Shown here: one piece after another, positions 12,972-27,262 of the stretch
Numbering within the stretch: the first letter of the stretch is position 1
How the letters are laid out: each line of letters begins with the position of its first letter
Source of the DNA: Flaccisagitta enflata
Lineage: Eukaryota
Assembly (NCBI GenBank): GCA_965153355.1
Contig: OZ231126.1
Coordinates: 23,932,001-23,996,000 of the forward strand
Reading direction: 5' to 3'
Length of the DNA stretch: 64,000 nt
Position numbers and translations under genes: made by a program
The notes under the pieces: model-generated
What the model was told of the DNA's origin: nothing
The model's input: only the letters and a program-made list of their open reading frames with translations
Databases searched by the model: none

Positions 12972-13560
12972 GTGGGGGCGCTTCTCGGCGGCGAAAATGC
13001 GGCATCGATGGTAATATTCGACGGCGACGACGAGGCGACCATCGAATGGTCGCTCTCACCAACGACTTTTGCCCATAACTCATAAAATGCAGTAATTCAT
13101 CAACAACTTTGAGACCTCAGGACGGATGTATAGATGGCATTAGTTCTTGTTCTTTGTCCCTTTTCTTTTTAGTTTTTAACCAAAGTCCACTGCGTTTCGT
13201 CAGTTTGTTTCCGAGTTATCATGACTGAATTAATCTGTAGTTGTTTCCCCGGATAGCTACGGACACAGTTTGTCTATTAGCTCGTCGAATGTCTGAATTT
13301 TTAACCTAACGTAAATACTAGACTTTCAATTAAAGAATGCAAATAATGCCTCCGGTCTGAGTCTCTTTCCATACCCCTAGTAGGTATTACCCCTACTATC
13401 TAATAATCTTCATTCTGTCTTATCAGTTTACTTGAATATGCTTTCCGAATTAGCTTTAGTTGCAGGGGTGATGTTTTTGTGTTTTTATCGTGTCGATTTA
13501 ATATTTTTTGTTGCAATACGTAAATGAGCTTCTCTACAATTGTCGTCCATCACTAAGAAT

Positions 13561-13659
<99 letters not shown>

Positions 13660-13885
13660 CCTTTATCTCACACAGAAGCACACTCTCCCAATGAAGAAAA
13701 GAATTATAACACAGTGGTATTCTTTGCCACGCCCTCTCTCCTCTTCACATTAAGTCTCACCCCTTTTGCAGCCCCAAATCGCCCCCACGCTTGATCGGCC
13801 GCCCCACAATCCTTACCGGGTTCGGACTCTGCGGGGTCATTTGTTGGTCAGGGCTGCGTCGGCGTGCGCTCGAAAGCGGATAGCT

Positions 13886-14230
13886 GGCGACCAAAGGCGG
13901 AGTAATAGGCGACCAAAGGAAGGGTAGTGGGCGACCAAAGTAAGGGTATTGGGCCATCAGGGAAAGAAAGTGGGCGACCAATAGTATTTTACGCCACTAA
14001 AGTTTGGTTAGCTAATGACTCGGGGTAAGATTGCAAACTCAGAGTAACAGGCAAACAGAGGCACGTTGATAAGCAAAATTGGATGTAAAGCGACTAATGG
14101 AAAGTGGTCGGCGACCAAAGGATGATAGACGGCGACCAAAGGCGAATGAGCGGCGACTAAAAGAGGATGGCCGGCAACCAAAGGAGGTTAAAAGGCGACC
14201 AAAGGCGGATGGGCCGCAAGCAAAGGCGGA
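13886..14230. repeat. Irregular array of about 9 GGCGACCAAAG motifs
   Basis: Visible degenerate repeats with 21-22 bp spacing in two clusters. Confidence 0.7.
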
Positions 14231-14313
14231 TGGCCGGCGTTAATGGTTGTATCTGTACATAAAAACCGGCGACTGGTTGTCCCTCCAAGAATGAAGCCCT
14301 TCTGAATCATTTG

Positions 14314-14380
<67 letters not shown>

Positions 14381-14739
14381 CTTTGAGCGCCGAAGAGCTA
14401 AAATTGATGCAAGGGTTAATGGAATCCAAGACTCTGTTATGAAAATGAGTTTGGTTAAGAAGATCTCTTTCTTTATTCATTTCTTCTGTATATTTTTTCT
14501 GGGCCACACTCAGACTCAAAGATCTTTGAATATGTATTTCTAGAATATAGAAGGTCCTGGTTTTGTCTGACTCCGGGTGTTTTCTGAATCATCCACTAAT
14601 GTCTACTACGCCGTGAACTAAACATGAAGTCTTAGTTACTTAAGGCACTAAGGCCACATGGTGTTCAAGACCTGTTTATTTATTTCATCTCCCTTTAACA
14701 AGCCGTTCAGGAGGATATTTCCGATAGGAACTTGAATAA

Positions 14740-15329
14740 CCTTGGGGGAAAAAATGGCGGATTTTTAAACCTTTCTTTTGAACAAAAATATAAGAAAAAT
14801 GGATTAAAATTGATGATGCCTATAAAGCCCTACGAAAGATCTTTCATTTGAGTCGTGTCTGGTATCCACAGCTTTATTGGTTTAGAAATGACATATGTTT
14901 GAAGAAAAATATCACCAATTGAAAAAGGGCAAATATTGTCTTTTTTCCATTAGCAATTTTTGTCTCAAATGTTATTCTTAATAATGCTATTCAGAATTGT
15001 CACAGCTACTTGATTTCCATGAGCAAATTAAAGAGCTTCGAATTTTCTTCAAAATGGCGCCAAGAACGAATTTTTTACTCAATGCGTTTAGTTTCTATCT
15101 TACAACAAACAGAAAACTTGCAAATCCTGTAGTGAATTCTCAAATTCATGATAACCTGTGTTCATCCCTATGCCATTTATAAACAGATAAAGCTAGGACA
15201 ACCAGCAACGTCTCATTTGAAAGATCTTTCGCAGAGCTTAAAAATGGTCACCAATTTTTTTATAGTTTTTCTCAATTTAAGGTAGATGAAATTAGTTTTC
15301 CAAAATCCGCCATTTTTATACCCCCAAGG
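14740..15329. mobile_element. piggyBac-like foldback MITE, nested in a smaller IR element (~14710-15417)
   Basis: CCTTGGGGGAAAAAATGGCGGATTTT / AAAATCCGCCATTTTTATACCCCCAAGG; flanks ATAA and TTAA; outer IR GAGGATATTTCCGATA / TATCGTGAATATCCTTC. Confidence 0.7.
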
Positions 15330-15556
15330 TTAAGACTTAAGTAAGTCTCAACTTTCAGGTAAAAATTTCTTACTTGAGACTTACTTAGGACTTACTCAAG
15401 TATCGTGAATATCCTTCAGTTCCATCTTGCATTCAGTGCAAACCAACTGACTTCAGCCCCGCCTCAAAACCCACCAAATCACGACAACAAGATTCAATCT
15501 AGAAAAACCTCGGTCTCTTTATGTCCCTATGTCTGTATTTCTGTTTCAGTCTTTGT

Positions 15557-15650
<94 letters not shown>

Positions 15651-15938
15651 CTCAGCTGCCACCAAAGCAAAGAATATTTTTTGCTTCGAAATGAAATTTT
15701 CCACGTGGCAGATAATGAGTTTATCAGATTACCACGCCTAAAGCTTCTCTCTCTCTCTTTCTCGGATCGCCCCACTGCTCCTGGGAGACGCCGATCCTCT
15801 CTTTTTTTATTTACTATTCGCTGATTTTGCATTTTTTGCTCTTTTGTTCTCCATTGTTCTGCTTTTTTTGTGTGTGTACGCTCCCATGTGACGTGGTGGC
15901 GCGCTTTACTTTCTTTTTTTCTTTCATATTTTTTTATA

Positions 15939-16113
15939 TTAGTGGTTCATACACTTTCGCTGATAATGCTCAATTGCGCACCGGTGCCACGGTCCGCTGG
16001 CAGACCAATTTATTCATTAGTGCCAGGCCTGGTTAGAAGATAATTCGTTGCTGCGGTTGGTTAATGTCGGGGCTTTTGATGAATAGGTGTTTTTTCCAAA
16101 TTCTTTTTTATTT
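15939..16113 (+). repeat. 175-bp direct repeat, copy 1 (copy 2 at 17486-17660)
   Basis: Near-identical sequence TTAGTGGTTCATACAC...CCAAATTCTTTTTTATTT, about 2 mismatches. Confidence 0.93.
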
Positions 16114-17482
16114 AAGTCATTCTAAGTCCTTCTAAGTCATTCTAAGTCATTCTTAGTCATTCTAAGTCACTTTAAGTCATTTTTTGACTTTTGAAGTTTT
16201 TGTTGTTTTATGTCATTTTAAGTCATTTTAAGTCATTCTAAGTTATTCAAAGTCATTCTAAGTCATCCTAAGTCATCTTAAGTCATTCTAAGTCATTCTT
16301 AGTCACTCAAAGTCATTTTTTGACTTTTGAAGTTTTTGTCATTTTACACCATTTAAATTTATTTCAAGTCATCTCAATTCATTTTAAGTCATTCTTAGTA
16401 ATTCTAAATCATTTTAAGTCTGGTTTGAGTCTGGTTAAGTCTGGTTAAAGTCTGGTTTAAATCTGGTTTAAGTCTGGTTTAAGTCTGGTTTAGGTCAGGT
16501 TTAAGTCTGGTTTATGTCTGATTCTGGTCTGGTTTATGTCTGGTTTAAGTCTGGTTTTAGTCTAGTATAAGTTTGGCTTAAGAGTTAAGTCATTCTTAGT
16601 CATTCTGAGTCACTAGAAGTCATTCTGAGTCACTAGAAGTCATTCTGAGTCACTAGAAGTCATTCTGAGTCACTATAAGTCAGTCCGAGTCTGTAAGGTT
16701 TAGCATTTTTTCGCCGTTTTATGTCTTTTCAAGTCATTTTAAGTCATTTTTAGTCATTCTTAGTCATTCTAAGTCATTCTAAGTCAATTTAGGTCATTTT
16801 TTTTTGTGATTGCAGTTTTTGTCATTTTTTGTCATTTTAAATCATTTTAAGTCATTTTTAGTCATTCTAAGTTATTCTTTGTCATTCTGAGTCACTATAA
16901 GTCATTCTGAGTCACTATTGGTCATTCCATTTTGCATCATTTTAAGTCTGGTTTAAATCTGATTTAAGTTTGGTTAAGGTCTGGTTTAAGTTTGGTTAAG
17001 ATCTAGTTTAAGTCTGGTTTAAGTCTGGTTTAAGTCTAGTCTGGTTTGAGTCTAGTTTGAGTCTAATTTGAGTCTAGTTTTAGTCTGGCTTGAGTCTGGC
17101 TTAAGTCTGGCTTGAGTCTGGCTTGAGTCTGGCTTGAGTCTGGCTTGAGTCTGGCTTGAGTCTGGCTTGAGTCTGGTTTGAGTCTGGTTTGAGTCTGGTT
17201 TGAGTCTGGTTTGAGTCTGGTTTGAGTCTGGTTTGAGTCTGGTTTGAGTCTAGTTAAAGTCTGGTTTAAGTCTGGTTTAAGTCTGGTTTAAGTCTGGTTT
17301 AAGTCTGGTTTAAGTCTGGTTTAAGTCTGGTTTAAGTCTGGTTTAAGTCTGGTTTAAGTCTGGTTTAAGTCTGGTTTAAGTCTGGTTTAAGTCTGGCTTA
17401 AGTCAATAAAGTGATACAATAAGGAGTCAGGTTAATTCAGTTACCATCATCTCGCACGCGACTTAAAGGTGTTGGCCTTGTT
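16111..17482 (+). mobile_element. 5'-truncated HINE-like element filled with 10-bp satellites (CTAAGTCATT, TTAAGTCTGG)
   Basis: Alternating decamer arrays; ends CGCGACT...GGCCTTGTT like the family A 3' ends. Confidence 0.7.
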
Positions 17483-18247
17483 ATGTTAGTGGTTCATACA
17501 CTTTCGCTGATAATGCTCAATTGCGCACCGGTGCCACGGTCCGCTGGCCGACCAATTCATTCATTAGTGCCAGGCCTGGTTAGAAGATAATTCGTTGCTG
17601 CGGTTGGTTAATGTCGGGGCTTTTGATGAATAGGTGTTTTTTCCAAATTCTTTTTTATTTTCTTCGTTCTTTTCCTTTGCATATAAAAGCCATCTAGTAA
17701 TTAGTTTTACCATTTCTTAAGCCAATCAATTCACATTCTTATCAAGTGACTAACCAACAAAATTACAGGTGCAACTCGCTGTATCCTTACCTTCACCCAT
17801 AATCTCTGTTTCATACTATCAATTGCTCCTTGTTCTGAGGAAGGAGATTTGCAGCAAGTAAAAATACTTACTTACAAAAGAATTACATGAAAAAATAGAA
17901 ATACGAGGGAACATGCAGGTTGCATGTACATGAGACAGATCTACATAAAAACAGACGATGACAGAATGGAGAGAGAAGCAAGCAAAAGGAGACAGTCAGA
18001 CAGATAGAAAAAATAAGTGGAAAGAGCATCACCACTGCAGGAGACAAACTTACTACGTAGAAACCGGGAAAGAAATTATGGGTTTGAGACAAAAGACAAG
18101 AAATTTCTCTGAGCTTGAGTTGGCAGGCGACGAGAAAGGGCGAGATCGAGAATTTGGCTGCAACGAATTATGATGCCAAAAACAAAAAAGACAGAAAATG
18201 GAGGGTGAAAAAAAAATGATAAGAATATGGGAATATGGTTCAAAGAT

Positions 18248-18304
<57 letters not shown>

Positions 18305-18311
18305 ACACACA

Positions 18312-18388
<77 letters not shown>

Positions 18389-19392
18389 AAAAAAACGCAG
18401 AAAAAACACACTCAAAACACACACACAAAACACTCACAGAGAGGGTGAGGGGCGGAAAGAAATCCTACATTCACTTTACAAACTGAGTGAAACGAGCTTG
18501 CGTGACAGTGAATAAATTCTTTTCTACATTGAATAAAAAACCCATACCAAAAATTTAATCCATGTCCACATTATGATCTAGAGAGGGAAAAGAGAAAAAA
18601 ATGAGAAAGGGGAAAAATCTTCAGTCACGTTCTCTGAACCCATAAAATCTTTCAATGGGAAAAAAAAACTTGTTCATTCTTTTATTTCTTTTTCTTCATT
18701 CTTTCTATTTTCCTTATTTTCAATAAAAAAAAATGCAACTGAAACCTCAAGCTTTTTGTTTCTGTTTTTCATTTATCCAAATGATACCACTTGTACTGGT
18801 CTTGATTTCTATTTTTTACTCGTGCGCAGACGCACACACAATCCGTTTCTTTAGTTTTCACAGCATTTTTCATTCCCATCTAGTCTTGATCTTGCGATTC
18901 GCTTCATCCATGCTTCCATGCTGTCTTTTATTTTACAGCAGTTTCAAGTTTAAGTCTTTTAAGAACCAGTCTGTTCTCAAGTTTTATCTTATTATAAAAC
19001 AGTTATTGATTATCATACTATTTTAGTCGCGGACCCCAATGGATATAATTTTATACTTTTCAGGCTATCCGCAGATATGGCTTTTTTACATACCTGATCT
19101 TGTACTGTCCTATCTGTAACAAATTAGTACTACTATCTTAGAAAAAAAAAAAATCTTCCGCCCTGTAATAAAAACATATTCATTTGCATGAAAACAGATA
19201 TAAATCAGTTGCAAATCAAGGAATAAGTAGCATAACATCCTTTTGACTGAATCAGGACCGTTATTTGTTGGCAAAGCGATTTGTAGAGCTTCTTGATGTA
19301 TTCTGAAATGATTGGTCTCCAGATCTTTCTCACTATCTTTTTACATCTATTCTTCCGCTATATTTACACTCATAGCTGCCAAAAGACTCATC

Positions 19393-19652
19393 AAATCATA
19401 AAAGAATTGGTGACCAAAATGAAGCCCTTCAAATTTGCAAGCAGTCTACGCAAACTGCACCTGTCTAGCTCAATGTGTTTAGAAGAAATTTAAAAAACAG
19501 CGAAGTGATCTCATTTAAAACTTGTGTAGAAATGGCGGAAGCAAAATTGAAGTTGAATAACTTTTAATCAAATAGAGCTAGAGGGTTGCGGGTTGCGTAG
19601 ATCTCTTGCAAATTTGAAGGGCTTCAATTATGTCACCAATTTTTTGATAATT
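19393..19652. repeat. ~80-bp imperfect inverted repeat (degenerate foldback element)
   Basis: AATTGGTGACCAAAATGAAGCCCTTCAAATTTGCAAG vs CTTGCAAATTTGAAGGGCTTCAATTATGTCACCAATT. Confidence 0.75.
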
Positions 19653-19944
19653 GGTTGATTCAAACCTAGGATATACATGAAAATGTACCGGAAGATTTTT
19701 TTTTTCTAAGATGGTACTACCCCAATTCCTAACATTTTTTCCTACGCTCCCGCCTTCTCCTGCCTCCGTTATTCCATTTCCAAATTTCCGCCCAGACATT
19801 CGCACTTTTTGCCCATCATTTGCGATTTCACTTTGAAATTTCACTGTTCACAGTATCGTACCAGTCCAGATCGTCCTTTTGCTTGCCAATAAATACCTGT
19901 TCTCTCTTCTACCATATATGTTTCTGTTAAATATTTCCACCCAG

Positions 19945-20190
19945 TCTTCTGCTATTCCACTCTTCCGATTTTCCGCTATTCCGCTATTCCGCTATTACGC
20001 ATACCTGTTATTCCGCAGATCTGCTATTCTGCCATTCCGCTATTCCGCATATATCTGTTACTCCACAGTTCCGCTATTTCGTATTTATGCTATTCCGACA
20101 TTCCGCTATTCCGCACATCTCTTATTTCGCAGTTCCGCTATTCCACTACTTCGCTATTGCGCTACTACGCTATTCCGCTACTCCGCAGTT
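19945..20190. repeat. Degenerate 8-bp (CCGCTATT)n minisatellite
   Basis: Directly visible. Confidence 0.85.
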
Positions 20191-20289
20191 GCGCTGGTGG
20201 CGTCGAGATTTCATCCCAATTTCCGCTCACGTTCCAAACTTGTTTTCTCAATTTTTCTTTCTGGCAGTTCTTTATTAGTCGCCGCCCTC

Positions 20290-21185
20290 GATGGCGGCCA
20301 CCGTGGCGTCTGTGGAGTAGTGGCGGTGGCGTCGGTGAGATGGTGGAGGTGGTAGGTGGTCGTATCTGTGAAGTGGTGGCGTCTGTGGAGTGGTGGCAGT
20401 GGCGTCGGTAAAGTGGTGGCATCAATGAAGTCGTGGTGGTGGTAGGAGGTAGTATCTGAGAACTGAGTTTGAAGTGATGGCGTCTGCAAAGTGGGGGCAG
20501 TGCTGTCTGTTGAGTGGTGGTGGTGGTGGTGTCGGCCAAGTGGTGGCGGTGGCGTCTCTGAGGTGGTGGAGGTGCTAGGTGGTGGTATCTGTGGAGTAGT
20601 GGCAGTAGTCGTGGCAGTGGCGTCGGTAAAGTGGTGGCATCAATGAAGTCGTGGTGGTGGTAGGAGGTAGTATCTGAGAACTGAGTTTGAAGCGATGGCG
20701 TCTGCGAAGTGGGAGCAGTGCTGTCTGTTGAGTGGTGGTGGTGGAAAGTGGTTGTGACTGTGAAGTGGTGACATCTGTGAAGTGGTTGTAGTGGTCTCTG
20801 TGAAGTGGTGGCGGTGGTAGGCGGTGATGTCTGTTAAGGAGTAGAGGTTAGCTTGGAGGAGGAGGTTAGGGGCGCCTAAGTCGTTGTTACGGAGGACAGT
20901 GGTGTTGTCTGCAAAGTAGTGGCGGAAGAGGTGGTGATACGCCGTAGTGGCGGTGGTAGGTGGTAGTGTCCATAAAGTAGAGGCGCTAAAGGGTGGTGGC
21001 TTTTTGACATGCTGGCGCCGGGCAGTGGTGTCATCAGTGAACTGATGGCGGTGGAGGGCGGTGGGTGGTGTCTGTGAATTGTGACGGCGCAATGGTGGAT
21101 GGAAGTGTCCGTGATGTAGAGGTGGCAGAGGATGGTGGCGTCTTCAACATTGGATGTTGGGACGTTGGCGTCCGAGTTGGCGTCT
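20290..21185. repeat. G-rich GTGGTGGCG-type degenerate repeat containing a 219-bp tandem duplication
   Basis: 20327-20526 is repeated at about 20547-20745. Confidence 0.8.
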
Positions 21186-21464
21186 TACCAATAATGACGG
21201 TGAAAGTTGGTGGGTATTGGTAATGTAGGACCGTGGTATCACTAATTCACCGTACTGGATGTGGAGAAGATTGATTCAGGTGGGGATATGGGCTTATAAA
21301 AGATTGAAGGGAGGGGATTAACTGAGGGGTAAAAATCGATAAAGAGGAAGTATAAATGTACAAATACTAGTAGGACAGTTGATACTTTGTATATGAGTAT
21401 TCCGCTAATAACGAAGCTAATTTACAAAGATTTTGTACATGCTCACTCAAAGAGTTATCATTCA

Positions 21465-21569
<105 letters not shown>

Positions 21570-22091
21570 ATTCTCTCTCTCTCCCTTATCTTTCCCTTTC
21601 TCACTCACCCTAACTCTCTCCTTTTACCTCCTTTTATTTTTTCCCTCACCATCGTCATCATCATCATCGTCCGTCCCTCCGCCGCATTTTTTCATCTCAT
21701 GGAAATATCTGGTTGTCGGTTTTCTTCCTCATTTTTCATGGTGTTCGGCCGGTTCTTTTTTGCCTTTGAGCCCGCCTTTGCCTTGACAGTTCCATTTTCT
21801 CTGATGAATGAAGAAGAATTGAGTTCTGCCACATTCTAATTACAAAACTTCCGCGATGCATGTGCCAGCTCTCCATCACGCCTGCGTGTACGTGAGTGTC
21901 TACGTGGGCTCGCTTGTGTGTGCAACGAGAAAGAGACTAAGGACTTCTTTTTTACTTACCTCCCCTAACGGCCTAACTGAACTTTTTCCACTTATCCCGA
22001 TACCCAACTCCTCTCTATATGTTTTCCATTAAGTGTGTGCCGGCTGGATCACTATTTCTCCTTTCTTTTCGTCTCTGTCTCTGTCTCTCTC

Positions 22092-22178
<87 letters not shown>

Positions 22179-24062
22179 TTAGTTTCCACTCACGTTATAC
22201 TGCAGTAACACAGAACACAGACTGCACGAACATTCCTTTATTCATATACAAACAATTCAGTCGCTGCCTCCTTGGTCACTCGGTTATTGAATTAAGAATT
22301 TTATGAAGCAGTAGTCATGAACTAATAAGATAGGAGAAAAAAGAAAGTGGAAGCCAGATTTGTTAATTCTATTTCAAAATCAAAGACGGTTCATTTCCCA
22401 TCAGTCTTGCGTGATTGGTCATGTGAACAAACAGACGAACAACGTAAATTTCAAAGACGCCAAATCACCTCAAAAAGTAGAAACTGGACAAATTTCACTT
22501 ATACATTCAAGTTCCAGTGGAATCGCAATAAAATCCCCAAACCCCACACTTCTTATTTTCGATTTTCAGTTCCCTTTCCTCCATTTTCCTTCTTTCTTTA
22601 GAATTTCCTCCATTCTGTCTAATTTCTTTTTTTCCCTCGCTTTAGACTCGGCATTCGACTCCCAGCCCTTTTTTGTGAAAGAATTCTAAAAGAATTTTTG
22701 AGAATCATTAACAGAACAAAAAAGCGCTGACGAATGAAGGTCTTGAGGGGGGAGAAGAGGAAAGTCGCGTGGAGGGAGAAAAGTTTGCGAAAGTGGGAGT
22801 CACATAGAATGCCCTTCATATACGTAATGATTCAAGTATGGCATGATTACCCTCGAGAAGGATTTAAGCAAATTGCACCTTTCTGCAAATTTATATAGTC
22901 GACTGGAGGAGTATACTTACTAAGAATAAAAAAAAAATCGAGCCACCCTGAAAACATCGTCCAAGTTCAACCTCCTTAATTTCGCAATGGTTGATACACA
23001 GCATCCCTAGTCGCGAGTTGGCGAGCTGGGGCAATGATGTGGGAAGCCAGTAACGCATTTTGGCAGAAGCAGTCACGAAAAATTTACCTAGCGCGACTAA
23101 AACGCGGGGTCACAATATCGATGTGGACAGGTGGGTAGGGGCATTCAAACACCATCCATACCCACCTTCAGCTCATGCTCACACACAGAGAATCATAACT
23201 GCAGCATCATACACTTTTTGACTCGATCACCACAGACGAATGGACGGATCAACGGACTAATGCCATTAGTAGTGGACCAACAGATGGATAAAGCCTCTTA
23301 TAGTTAAAAAGTTGAGTGTGGTCCGCGACAAAAAAAAAAAACTAGATTTCTGTTCTGACATTTTTCTTCTTTTTTTTTTGCCCTAACTACGCTCTACATC
23401 CTCTACATCTCGGAAGTACATGATTCGAAGCCCTCATTTGCATATTGCAGCTTATTGTCAAAACGAACGTTAGACAAACATTGTTTTTTAGAGACAGTCT
23501 GCTTTTGCATACAAAATGTGCGCGTGCACCGATGTGATCTTTGGTACGATAGATTCAGTCTTTTCAATCATCCGTTGTTTAAACGTTTGTACATCGTGTG
23601 GGCATCTTCCGCGATGGACTTTTATTCCAAGACTAAATTGGCTATCCGAGAGACGGGTCAACATGCCTTTTATCTACACTGTGACAGGCGCGCGAATCGA
23701 GAAATCATGAATTCTGCTTGGTTCCATCTTGTAGAGAATTAAAAATACTTCATTTTCACCTTTGTTTTCCTATCATTTATTTCATTCTTGCGTTTTACAG
23801 AATATGTATGACAAATAGTGCCATATCTTCCGGCGCTGAAATCTGCTCTATTTGGCAATCAGGAATTTGAGTACTGAACTTCAATCTTATGTCATTTCTA
23901 AACGAATTGAGCTAAAAATCTCTGCTTGGTCTATATTTGTAGAGTTTTTGAAGCTCTTTTACATGCTCATGGATTTTAAGCAAAAAGCATGAGTGGTTTA
24001 CATGTTATTGAGAAATATTGAGCGTCTAATTTTTATTTTTGCCATTGTTAGAAAGTAAATTA

Positions 24063-24738
24063 AATAGTCGCAAAAGCGTCAGATGGTCAGCGGTACCCGT
24101 TGCCCCTTTGTGAGTGTATGTGAGGGTGTGGTGGTAATAGGGGCAGCGGCCCCGAAGGGGCCAATGACCTATGCTGTTTTTATTTGAGCTTCAAGGCTGG
24201 AATTAGGGCCTGGAGGCTGGGATTTGGGCCTTGAGACCAGAATTTGGGCCTTGAGACCAGAATTTGGGCCTTGGGACCAGGATTTGGGTCTCAAGACCAG
24301 GAATTGGGCCTCAAGGCTGGGATTTGAGCCTCGAGGTTGGGATTTGAACCTCGAGGGACAGGGATTTGAGCCTCGAGGATTTTGAACCTCGAGGGACTGG
24401 GATTTGAGCATTGAGATTTTGAGCTAGGCTGGGGTTTGAGTCTCGAGGCTAGGATTTGAGCCTTGAGGCTGAGATTTGAGCCTCCAGGCTGGGATTTGAG
24501 CCTCCAGGCTGGGATTTGAGCCTCCAGGCTGGGATTTTAGCCTCCAGGCTGGGATTTGAGCCTCCAGGCTGGGATTTGAGCTTCCAGACTAGAATTTGGG
24601 CCTCAAGACTAGGATTTGGGCCTAAGGGGGGGGGGACGGAGAAAAAGAAGGAGGAGAAGGAGGAGGCGAAGAAGGAGAAATTTCCCCTATGTGTAAAAGC
24701 ATAGGTCATCGGCCCCTTCGGGGCCGCTGCCCAAAAAA
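24063..24738 (-). mobile_element. HINE-like family B element with a 20-bp central minisatellite (GGGATTTGAGCCTCCAGGCT)
   Basis: Same termini and internal IR (GGGCAGCGGCCCCGAAGGGGCC) as 8550-9074, opposite orientation. Confidence 0.72.
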
Positions 24739-24898
24739 GGATGGTTTTACCAGCTATGCCCACTTACACATGAAACCACTCAGCTGCAAAGAATCACTAG
24801 AATTCAAAATTACATCAAATGGATTGTGGTTGACTCTTCAAAAAAAATTTAGAAAATTAAAAAGATAAAAAGAATAATTCAAAAAAAAAATTAAGGTA

Positions 24899-25074
24899 CA
24901 GTAAAACCCCGCCTCATTGGTCCCATTGGGACTAAAGATTTTTCACCTTTATCTCGGGATAGTTTTTAAAGAGAGGTGAAATCACATTAAAAACTACCAT
25001 TTGGGACTTTAAAATATTCACCTTTATTGATGGAGAACCTTTAAAAGCGAGGTTGTTATTGCGGGGTTCCACTG
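24899..25074. mobile_element. Tc1/mariner (Tigger-like) MITE
   Basis: TA|CAGTAAAACCCCGC ... GCGGGGTTCCACTG|TA. Confidence 0.75.
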
Positions 25075-25136
25075 TATCAACAGCTAAGCCCACTGACGCA
25101 TGATACCTCTCATTTATCATCCATAATGATTCATTA

Positions 25137-25426
25137 CCGTATTTCCCCTAATTAGCGCCCGGGGCGCTTTCAAAATTGCAAAATGACATTGCCTTTTTCA
25201 CCTTCTAAATAGCGCCCCCTTGTAGCATGCAAGACTAAAGAAAATTACTGAAAATTAAAGTAAAACAGAAGATTTAGGGTAGGGAAAGATAAAAATATGT
25301 GATTTCAACAGAAAAATCCACACATGAAGTTATTAAGAAACAAAAAATAAAGATAATTTTTGTATTGATTATGTGTATCTATAATTTTCACTAGAATGAA
25401 AAACTTAGGTGTGAGGGGATTTTTTT
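25137..25426 (+). mobile_element. One-ended pogo-like MITE fragment flanked by 62-bp direct repeats (25075-25136, 25427-25488)
   Basis: TA|CCGTATTTCCCCTAATTAGCGCCC left end, no right TIR; identical 62-bp flanks. Confidence 0.7.
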
Positions 25427-25637
25427 TATCAACAGCTAAGCCCACTGACGCATGATACCTCTCATTTATCATCCATAATGATTCATTATATCTATCGTAT
25501 TCAAAGGAGATTCTTAGCCAATCCTTGCAAGTAGTAGCAAGAATTTCCTAACAAGGCTGGATACCCGACCATTGGGTAGGGACAGAAATCATATTCTGTG
25601 TCTGTGTTTCTGCCTCTCTCAATTTCTGTTTTCCTCT

Positions 25638-25679
<42 letters not shown>

Positions 25680-26132
25680 CTCCTCTGAGTCAACACACCC
25701 TCGGGATTTTCCTCACGTGAATCTTGGCTCTGCGATTTTTCATGTTTTCGTCTCCCTCTGCGCCACCCCCTTCAAAGAAGATTATGGGCCGTCATTAGGA
25801 GGAGGCGTGATAAGCAGAATGAAGAGAAAAGAAAGGAGACAAAGAAGAAAGAAGAAAAAAGAAAGATGAAATAGAAGGAATTGGTTAGGAAAGGAATGAA
25901 AGAATAAGCAGAAAGAGAAGAAAAAGAATAAGAACTATAACAAGAAGATGATGAAAAAGAAGAAGAAGAAGATAACAGAAAAAGAAAAGAAAAAGAAGGA
26001 GAAGAAGAAGAGGAAGAAGAAGAAGCAGAAGAAGAAGAAGAAGAAGAAGAAGAAGAAGAAGAAGAAGAAGAAGAAGAAGAAGAAGAAGAAGAAGAAGAAG
26101 GAGAAGACAACAACATCAACAACAACTTTAAC

Positions 26133-26240
<108 letters not shown>

Positions 26241-26255
26241 AAACAACAACAACAA

Positions 26256-26383
<128 letters not shown>

Positions 26384-26396
26384 TCACCAACAACAA

Positions 26397-26437
<41 letters not shown>

Positions 26438-26865
26438 TCAAATGAAGGCGATATAATGCCAAAAAAGGTGGCAGTGGGAAGGGGAGAGAAATCTGAGAGA
26501 AATTTGAGAGAAGACAAAATAAATGATCCACGCTTCCAAAAAAGGGAAAAAACGAAGAGACAAAAGAATGTGTCATCGCTGATGACGTGTTACCCCCTTG
26601 GATGGATTATGGCGAAATGAGGCTTTAAGCTCAACTCATTTACTTTTCAGGAATATATTATTTCCTATCTTATCAAATGATTTGTTTCGAAATTATTTTA
26701 CTTAAGTAATAGTGATTATAAGTAACAGGGATTACCGGTTGAACCAGGGGTTATTAGTTGTCGCGGTGACGCCATCAAGTTTCAAAACAAAGAGGTAGTT
26801 CGTTGCAGAAATTCTTTTACCATTCCTTTCATACCACCCTCCCCCCCCCATATCATCCTTTTAGG

Positions 26866-26970
<105 letters not shown>

Positions 26971-27139
26971 CGTCTTCACGGGATCGTGGCCTCATTTTGT
27001 GCTTCTGAAACTCTCTGCCCATTAAGTTATTTGAAAACAAGAAATGTTGCCAGAATAACTGGATTATACTCAAACAGAGGCGTAGACCAACGATGGATTA
27101 ATCTTTATGCGGCGGCGGGGAGATCACAAACCTAATTTG

Positions 27140-27215
<76 letters not shown>

Positions 27216-27224
27216 ACGACAGAC

Positions 27225-27262
<38 letters not shown>

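Noticed and set aside
21650-21801. Minus-strand segment with acceptor- and donor-like ends
   Set aside because: All three frames contain stops; at most a non-coding exon.
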